Part shown: in pieces, positions 57,973 through 64,000 of the stretch
Position numbering within the stretch: the first letter of the stretch is position 1
Layout of the letters: each line of letters opens with the position of its first letter
Assembly (NCBI GenBank): GCA_046050355.1
Contig: JBJOPW010000001.1
Span: forward strand, 1 to 64,000
Reading direction: 5' to 3'
DNA length: 64,000 bases
Origin: Candidatus Parcubacteria bacterium
GTDB taxonomy: Bacteria > Patescibacteriota > Minisyncoccia > Phycocordibacterales > UBA918
The notes under the pieces: model-generated
Told to the model about the DNA's origin: nothing
Seen by the model: only the letters and a program-made list of their open reading frames with translations
The model's database searches: none
Made by a program: the position numbers and the translations under genes

Positions 57973-58031
57973 ATGACCAAGTATATGCAGATATGTAAAA
58001 AAGTCAAGCAAAAAATGTCAGAAAACTGACA
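57966..58031 (-). promoter_or_regulatory. Promoter and candidate operators of the defence operon
   Basis: TTGACT-16-TATACT; palindromes TGGTCATATGACCA over +1 and TGTCAG-AAAA-CTGACA upstream of -35. Confidence 0.55.
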
Positions 58032-58122
58032 AAATTAGATTTTATTGGCAGAATAGCAGTTAATCAATAGATAAAGTTTGTAGGCACAGAGACACCTAGT
58101 ATGAGTGATTTAAGAGGTATAA

Positions 58123-58683
58123 CTAGGCAAACTTCATCGCTTTGGTCACAACCGGCTTCAAATACTGTTGGTAGCGGGGGTTGGCGGGGGTGAGTTTGTA
58201 GTTGATACGATTGAGGACTATCTGGTACTGGCGGCCGACTTTACCCCGGACGGTGATGGTGAGTTCGAGCTCACTCTTCTTGCCCGCTGGCAGGGTCACA
58301 TACCGCAGGGTGCCGATACTCGTCTCCGTGAGGGCACGCGTGCGGATAGCGACCGAGGCGCTTACGATACTGCTCTCCCCTGTTCCTTCGATCTGGTACA
58401 TAAAGCCGGCGACAGTCTTGCCCGAGGCGATACTGAGTGGAATAGAGACAGGTGCGCGTTTGGTTGTCAGTTCGAGGATGATGCGGAATTCTCCCACGGC
58501 TTTGTCTGGGCAGTCTTCGACTTTGGTGCGGCTAAAGCGAAATTTGTTGCCTGCGATGCGTCCCGCAAGGTACTCGTCGATTCCCTCACGCTTTTTGGCG
58601 TCGACTAAGTCGGCCTGGAGCGACTTCAGCTGCGCTTTCATATTGGATAATGAGCTACGTTCAGCTCTGGTTAGCTTCTTCAT
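58123..58683 (-). CDS. Hypothetical protein
   Basis: 186-aa basic ORF with a beta-rich C-terminus. Confidence 0.65.
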   Translation of the reverse strand: MKKLTRAERSSLSNMKAQLKSLQADLVDAKKREGIDEYLAGRIAGNKFRFSRTKVEDCPDKAVGEFRIILELTTKRAPVSIPLSIASGKTVAGFMYQIEGTGESSIVSASVAIRTRALTETSIGTLRYVTLPAGKKSELELTITVRGKVGRQYQIVLNRINYKLTPANPRYQQYLKPVVTKAMKFA

Positions 58684-58732
58684 ACCAGTAAGTATGAGAC
58701 GAGACTCTCTTCACTGCAAGTATGGGGTGGTA

Positions 58733-59149
58733 CTAGAGGGCAAAGCCGATAAAAGCGGCACCGAGCCAACAAGATACCGAGACAGCACCAGATACAAGGA
58801 GCGAGAGTTTTTGACCTTTGGTGAGGCTTGTAAAAGGTGTGGTGGTCGAGAGCGCCGATAGTCGACCGATGACAAAGCCGTTCACGAGGAGAGCGGCTAC
58901 CATGAGCATTTTGACCGCAAAGGTAGGTTCTTCAAGGACAAGAGGGTTCTGTCTGACGAGCATGATACCGGTTACAATCATACCCGCGAGACCAACCCAG
59001 GCGAGTTGGTGGAGACGCTTCACCTTCGTAGCATTGAGGACGGCCTTCTTGCCACGCATATAGAGGTAGCCGTCGTGGTCGGCAATGATGATAACAAGTG
59101 CGACAATGGCGAGTGAAGCGAGGTGAAAGGCTCCGATTTCGATTTCCAT
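58733..59149 (-). CDS. Hypothetical 4-TM membrane protein
   Basis: VGLAGMIVTG, FAVKMLMV..NG, SCW. Confidence 0.75.
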   Translation of the reverse strand: MEIEIGAFHLASLAIVALVIIIADHDGYLYMRGKKAVLNATKVKRLHQLAWVGLAGMIVTGIMLVRQNPLVLEEPTFAVKMLMVAALLVNGFVIGRLSALSTTTPFTSLTKGQKLSLLVSGAVSVSCWLGAAFIGFAL

Positions 59150-59243
59150 AATAGCGCTATGGTAGCACTGGGAGGTAGGTTTCTCAATATTTTGTGGTTG
59201 ATTAGTAACCTTATGGCTTCAACATCGGCACGGAAGCCATGAC

Positions 59244-59498
59244 TGACCCGAGAAGTTCGTCCTGACGGTCACAAAGCTATATTATTTCGCAATGCTCATA
59301 ATCTAGCAGGTGCCGCGGGACACGCCTCGACCGTCGTACTCGCTAACGCTCCGTGCGACATGTCTCCGGCGTTCGAATCTTCACGCAAGGTGCATTAGCA
59401 CCTTGCTTCGGGTCCACTTTCGACGCAAGCAAATTCATTTGCTTGCTAGACAACAAAAAAACCACCTTGCTAGGTGGTTCTTTTGTTGTCTTCGAAAG
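59244..59498. other. Structured element at the 3' end of tRNA-Ala(TGC)
   Basis: Direct partial tRNA-end copy at 59245-59259; inverted copy at 59371-59417; CGC..GCT hairpin modules. Confidence 0.65.
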
Positions 59499-59571
59499 TG
59501 GACCCGAGAAGATTCGAACTCCCTGCCTCCTCAGTGCAAATGAGGCGCTCTACCAAGTGAGCTACGGGCCC
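59499..59571 (-). tRNA. tRNA-Ala(TGC)
   Basis: GGGCCCGTAGCTCA..CCTCA-TTTGCAC-TGAGG..GTTCGAATC..CGGGTCCA; G3:U70. Confidence 0.97.
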
Positions 59572-59642
59572 AAGTTTTGCAAGCGCGACACCTGCAAAGC
59601 TGGTCAATATACTACTTAATCTGGGTTAAATAGTCAATAGGA

Positions 59643-60242
59643 CTATTCTGTAGCTTGAAGCTTCCACGGGGTGATGGCAGCGGCTGAGCTGTAGCTACCA
59701 ATCGTGATTGTGTCACCATTCCAAGCGGCGGTAAGTGCGTCACTAATAGTCGTGATGAACTTCTTGCCGTCAAATGACACTGGTTGAATAACATTCTCAG
59801 TGGCATCAAAAATGAAGTGTGTACATTCGTCAGCGTCAGTTTGCTGTTCGCAGAAGTGGACAAAGTTGCCATCAGCTGAAGAACTGTAGGTAGGAATCTT
59901 TTTGTGAATACCCTGAGTAGCAAAACCTTCTACATTCTCAACGGGCATCACTTCGTTACTGAGTGAGAGCACGAAACGGTCACCATGTACATAAGCATAG
60001 AGTTTGCCGTCTTCGTACCGAGCAACTTCTCCACCGCCAGCGGTTGCTGCACTTTCATCGCTTGGTGGCGGCGTATCTGGTGGCGTGTACCCTTCAGGAA
60101 TAAAAGCATTTGGAGTAGTTGATTCAAGCGCTTGCGATCCAGCTTGGGTTACGCCAAAGCCAATAAAACCTGATGTGAGCCCAATAATGTATGCCAGTAC
60201 GACCAGTACGGCTTTTTCGTGTTTGGTACCTTCTAAATTCAT
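59643..60242 (-). CDS. Membrane-anchored hypothetical protein
   Basis: N-terminal TM, Pro-rich linker, beta-propeller-like fragment (SADGNFVHFC). Confidence 0.7.
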   Translation of the reverse strand: MNLEGTKHEKAVLVVLAYIIGLTSGFIGFGVTQAGSQALESTTPNAFIPEGYTPPDTPPPSDESAATAGGGEVARYEDGKLYAYVHGDRFVLSLSNEVMPVENVEGFATQGIHKKIPTYSSSADGNFVHFCEQQTDADECTHFIFDATENVIQPVSFDGKKFITTISDALTAAWNGDTITIGSYSSAAAITPWKLQATE

Positions 60243-60312
60243 ATACATACAGTATACGACCAAAGCTACACTTTGTGTGATGTATGTGTTGAAAAGATAC
60301 AAAGACTGTTCT

Positions 60313-60663
60313 TTATGCCCGACTCATGATGATACGGTTGATGCGTTCTGCCATCAAGAGGTCGGCTTCGGTCACCGCCTTTATGTCTTTGGTCTGGAGG
60401 GTAACTTTGACCAACTCTGGGGTAATACAGATTTCCGGATAGTGCTTTTGCACTTCAGCGTAGACGGTGATGCGGGTGGCGAACATAAAGGCGTCAAGGT
60501 AGCGAGTAAAAGCAAATTCACCAACGAGCTCTTGGCGCTTCGTATTATGCACCCAGTGTGATCCAAGCGACTTGAGGCGTTTTGGCGGTACTTTTGGTGC
60601 CACTACCTTCTTTGCGGTAGTTTTTCTTGGAGCAGTCTTGTTGGTGATAGTAACTTTGGCCAT
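60313..60663 (-). CDS. Pterin-4-alpha-carbinolamine dehydratase-like protein
   Basis: FAFTRYLDAFMF..AEVQKHYPEI..VTEADLLMAERIN; the canonical His residues are partly replaced. Confidence 0.8.
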   Translation of the reverse strand: MAKVTITNKTAPRKTTAKKVVAPKVPPKRLKSLGSHWVHNTKRQELVGEFAFTRYLDAFMFATRITVYAEVQKHYPEICITPELVKVTLQTKDIKAVTEADLLMAERINRIIMSRA

Positions 60664-60667
60664 AGCA

Positions 60668-61639
60668 TTATGAATACACCCGGGCTGTTTTAACCAGATG
60701 ATCAATCAATTCATTAAAACTCAAGCCAACTGCTACCGCCGCTTTGGGGAAGAGGGATTCACTCGTGAGGCCGGGTAGGGTGTTTACTTCAAGGAAGTAC
60801 ACTTCCCCATCTTTGATGATACAGTCGGTGCGGGAGTACTGCGAGAGACCGAGGACTCGATGTACCAGTCGGGCGAGCTCTGCGATCTTTTCTTTTTCTT
60901 CGTACGAAAATCGACCAGGACAGAGTTCGGTGGTGCTACCGTCGTATTTTACCGTTTCATCAAAGAAGGCACGCCCTTGCGGCGGAATGATTTCGATAGC
61001 CGGGAGGCTGTAGAGGTCGTTGTCACGGAAGTCACTAAGGACGGCACAGGTTGCTTCGGTCCCCTGTATATGTTCTTCTACCATACATTCACCATACTGT
61101 GAGACAGCAGCGTAGAGGGCGTCTTTGAGCGTATCGGCTGCAACGATTTGGACACCGTGGGATGAGCCACTTTGCGTGGGTTTGAGCACGTACGTTGGTC
61201 CGAAGCTATCGGCAATGACCCGTGAGACAGCTTCGATATCGAGGAGATTATCATTGGTAACCCGGACGTGTCGCGGTAAGTGGAAGATGTGCTCGCGGAG
61301 CGCCCGCTTGGTCATATCTTTGTTAAACGCCATGGCTGAAGCAAAAGAATTACTGCCGGTAAAGGGGATGTGGAGACGCTCACAAATACGTTGGACGGTA
61401 CCATCTTCACCATAGGCACCATGCATAGCAATGAAGACGACATCAGTGGTGAGAAGCGCCTTATCTGGGTCCTTGACTCGCCCATCAACAATCCATTCGC
61501 CAGTTTTTGACACAGTGATATCTGTCACGTGGTAGCCGAGGTCAGCAAGGGCACGGAGTACCCCCGCGCCGGTCTGCATCGACACGTCGTATTCACTACT
61601 CGGACCTCCACGCAAAACTGCGACACGAGTCTTGGTCAT
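60668..61639 (-). CDS. ddl: D-alanine--D-alanine ligase
   Basis: GGPSSEYDVS, HGAYGEDG, GSSHG, LEVNTLPG. Confidence 0.95.
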   Translation of the reverse strand: MTKTRVAVLRGGPSSEYDVSMQTGAGVLRALADLGYHVTDITVSKTGEWIVDGRVKDPDKALLTTDVVFIAMHGAYGEDGTVQRICERLHIPFTGSNSFASAMAFNKDMTKRALREHIFHLPRHVRVTNDNLLDIEAVSRVIADSFGPTYVLKPTQSGSSHGVQIVAADTLKDALYAAVSQYGECMVEEHIQGTEATCAVLSDFRDNDLYSLPAIEIIPPQGRAFFDETVKYDGSTTELCPGRFSYEEKEKIAELARLVHRVLGLSQYSRTDCIIKDGEVYFLEVNTLPGLTSESLFPKAAVAVGLSFNELIDHLVKTARVYS

Positions 61640-61658
61640 AGCGATATTTTAGCATAAT

Positions 61659-61679
61659 GAATCGTGAATATGGAATATA
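61659..61679 (+). repeat. Heptamer repeat x3, same unit as 18858-18892
   Basis: GAATCGT GAATATG GAATATA. Confidence 0.55.
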
Positions 61680-61720
61680 TAAACCTGATGCAGTGTGCTG
61701 TTTGGTATACTGTAGTAGTT

Positions 61721-62011
61721 ATGATTACTACCTTGTCAGCCGCACAATTTAATTTCATTGAAGGTTGGTTCTGGTTACTGCTTGGCGCTGTTTGTCTGGT
61801 ACTGTACCGGTTGATACCCACTCCCTACCGCACGCTTACACTCTATGCAGCCTTTATTCTTGTGACATTTGGCGTTTCAGACTTTGTCGAAGCATATTAT
61901 GGCAGCTTCCTTGTACCGGGAATGGAGTGGCTTTTTATCTGGAAGGCACTTGATGTTATTGGTCTAATTTCAATTGTGCTATGGTACGGTGTCCTACGAA
62001 TACGAAACTAA
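61721..62011 (+). CDS. Small 3-TM membrane protein
   Basis: FNFIEGWFW, FGVSDFVE, WLFIWK. Confidence 0.72.
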   Translation: MITTLSAAQFNFIEGWFWLLLGAVCLVLYRLIPTPYRTLTLYAAFILVTFGVSDFVEAYYGSFLVPGMEWLFIWKALDVIGLISIVLWYGVLRIRN

Positions 62012-63243
62012 GATAAAGTCCGCTTGCGTTGTTTTTGACGGAAATAGGTGATGGAGAAGCGGTGGGCTTCGGCATTGGCGTGAAGGATTTCGAGCTTATG
62101 GGCGTCGATGAGTGCTTGTGGACCAAGGATATGGTGGGCCTTGTGGCGGTCGTCCTTCACCACGGCTACGACCGGTACAAGGAGTGCATGTTCAGCCAGA
62201 ACCAGTTCCGCCGTGAGCTTTTGGACCTCGTTGCCATCTACCACGATGATATTCGGGAACGGCCACTCGGGGTGTGCCAGCCGGCGAGTAAGGACTTCCT
62301 TTAGTGCCGCCGGATCGTTGGCATCTATGAGTGTCTTAATCTTGAACTTACGGTACTCGTCTTTCTGTGGTTCGCTTCCCTCGACCACGGTCATGACACC
62401 GACCATGTCCTGGCCATCCATATGCGCGACGTCGTAGGCTTCGATACGGAGCGTTCGTCCGGTGCGTAGAGTTGATCGTTCGGCTTTGATGAGGGCAATA
62501 TCTTGGATGTGCTCAAGGGCAAATATCTGACGCTTGATCTTCCCCGCCATTTCAAAGTGTTCGAGTTTTGCCTCACGAAGCATGTCGCGAGTAAGCTCTT
62601 TGATGATTTGTCCCTTCTTGCCATCAAAAAGGAGCTTCAGATGCCGGATGGTGCGGTCGTAGACCACTTTGTCCGTGTGGTTCGGGTAGAGACCAATCTG
62701 ACGGTTGAAGTCAACCTTCCCACGGGCAAGTTTTGTACGCTCGAAACCCACTGGTTCGTTGGTGTCATAAAATTGGAAGAGTTTGCGGACAATCTTGAGG
62801 GCTTCACGCAAGAGGCCACCACTCGGGAACGGGCCAAAGTGGTATTTGATTTCTTTTTCCGTAAACTGTTCGGTCAGGTCTTTACCGCGGACGACCAGTA
62901 CCCGAGGCCACGGTTCGTTGGTGATCACGAGGTGGTTGTATGACTTATCGTCTTTGCTGCGGGTGTTATACCGTGGCTTGTGACTGCGGATGAGATTTGT
63001 TTCGAGGATAAGTGCTTCAAGCACACTTTCGGTCGGGGTGACCTCAATGGAGGCAGCTTCAGCTACCATATTTTCGATCAGTTCCGAGCGCTTTTCTTTG
63101 ATGTCGTTGGCGAAGTAACTCCGGACACGACTCTTGAGTGAGGTGGCTTTGCCGATGTAGAGAATGGCTTTCTTGGAATCCAGAAAAAAGTACACCCCGG
63201 GAGTATCAGGTAAGTCGTGGTTTTTGAGGTCAGCTTTATTCAT
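62008..63243 (-). CDS. uvrC: Excinuclease ABC subunit C (short form)
   Basis: PGVY..YIGKA..RVRSYF, PRYN, RIEAYDVAH, IVVDG, EAHRF. Confidence 0.93.
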   Translation of the reverse strand: MNKADLKNHDLPDTPGVYFFLDSKKAILYIGKATSLKSRVRSYFANDIKEKRSELIENMVAEAASIEVTPTESVLEALILETNLIRSHKPRYNTRSKDDKSYNHLVITNEPWPRVLVVRGKDLTEQFTEKEIKYHFGPFPSGGLLREALKIVRKLFQFYDTNEPVGFERTKLARGKVDFNRQIGLYPNHTDKVVYDRTIRHLKLLFDGKKGQIIKELTRDMLREAKLEHFEMAGKIKRQIFALEHIQDIALIKAERSTLRTGRTLRIEAYDVAHMDGQDMVGVMTVVEGSEPQKDEYRKFKIKTLIDANDPAALKEVLTRRLAHPEWPFPNIIVVDGNEVQKLTAELVLAEHALLVPVVAVVKDDRHKAHHILGPQALIDAHKLEILHANAEAHRFSITYFRQKQRKRTLS

Positions 63244-63316
63244 TGCAAAATACTCTACCACAAAATATGCGAAAACCGCCCTACGGGAGGGCGGCCATCA
63301 TCTTGTGCTGAGGGTG

Positions 63317-63520
63317 TCAGATTGACGCCCAGTCATTGAAAGTCGTTTCACCTGTGCTGTCGTCTTGTTGCGACTGACCTGGGTTGTTGCCACCGCCTTG
63401 TTGCTGTTGATTCTGGGCTGCGCCAGTCTTAGGCGTGTTCCCTGTTTGCTTTTTGGCGTCGGGATTGATGGTACCTTGTCCATCATCGGCAGAACCCTGC
63501 TGACCGTAGTCTGTCATCAC
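63317..63520 (-). CDS. Disordered Gln/Gly-rich small protein ending in FNDWASI
   Basis: AAGGA SD; followed by a hairpin and T-run at about 63273-63294. Confidence 0.65.
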   Translation of the reverse strand: MMTDYGQQGSADDGQGTINPDAKKQTGNTPKTGAAQNQQQQGGGNNPGQSQQDDSTGETTFNDWASI

Positions 63521-63610
63521 GAATTTCCTTACTTTGTGCTGTCCTGCCTCCTATCATACTCCTTGGGAGCATAGGGCAAAGGAGTGGGTTGTGCTTAACT
63601 AACTCATTGA

Positions 63611-63652
63611 ACAAAGGGCCGTCCTTCGTGGATACGAAGGACGGCCCTTTGT
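63611..63652. repeat. REPIN-like doublet, family 2, copy 3
   Basis: ACAAAGG-GCCGT-CCTTCGT ggat + exact inverse. Confidence 0.85.
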
Positions 63653-63661
63653 GGATACTGG

Positions 63662-64000
63662 TTACAGCACCTTCTTCAAATAGCGGCCGGTGTGTGACTT
63701 GGGATTCTCAGCCACCTCCTCTGGGGTACCTTTGGCGACAACTTCCCCACCACCAGCACCACCCTCAGGGCCGATGTCGATAATATAGTCGGCACACTTC
63801 ACGAGGTCGAGGTTGTGTTCGATCACCATGACGGTATTGCCTTTGTTCACGAGCTCTTGGAGGATCTCGATGAGCTTGCGGACGTCGTCGTAGTGAAGAC
63901 CAATCGTTGGTTCGTCAAGGAGGTAGATGGTCTTTTGGGTATGTGGTTTGTAGAGTTCAGAGGCAATCTTCACGCGCTGCGCTTCTCCACCGGAGAGAGT
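63662..64000 (-). CDS. uvrA: Excinuclease ABC subunit A, 3' end (partial)
   Basis: [33 protein letters not shown]. Confidence 0.96.
   Translation of the reverse strand, partial: TLSGGEAQRVKIASELYKPHTQKTIYLLDEPTIGLHYDDVRKLIEILQELVNKGNTVMVIEHNLDLVKCADYIIDIGPEGGAGGGEVVAKGTPEEVAENPKSHTGRYLKKVL

Noticed and set aside
59310-59619. ORFs 59310-59543 and 59353-59619
   Set aside because: They overlap the tRNA and the structured element; spurious
1-64000. CRISPR array or cas operon (Cas4-like gene at 24360-25142)
   Set aside because: No regularly spaced direct repeats and no other cas genes seen; solo PD-(D/E)XK nucleases are common

Overview
Chromosomal window from a small-genome bacterium, most likely Patescibacteria/CPR (Parcubacteria, Kaiserbacteria-like). 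This is inferred from gene content: almost no biosynthetic genes, a short AlaRS, a LeuRS with a NUDIX insert, an FtsA-like/baseplate-J-like pair before infA, and DUF5671/DUF3467-type genes. TGA is read as stop. The core genes are grpE-dnaK-dnaJ, the alpha ribosomal operon fused to rplM-rpsI, alaS, leuS, mnmA, mltG, ychF, queA, ddl, uvrC/uvrA, an RND pump and two tRNA-Ala genes. Accessory material interspersed with these: an IS200/IS605-type right end; a PQ-loop-like membrane pair + SET methyltransferase + sensor kinase module; a Phd/RelE TA cassette between diverged copies of a gene end; a RAYT flanked by perfect REPIN palindromes, with related palindromes elsewhere including in-frame inside leuS; homospermidine synthase wedged between dnaK and dnaJ; a NUDIX cassette bounded by tRNA-3'-like att motifs; and a five-gene Xre-Panacea/RelE-like/MTase/DUF262-HNH defence operon. 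The most striking non-coding signal is a pair of related ~260-nt structured elements at the 3' end of both tRNA-Ala genes, each carrying an inverted copy of its own tRNA 3' end. Several small ORFs and structured leader RNAs missing from the ORF track were also found. No database searches were run; family calls rest on motif recognition.
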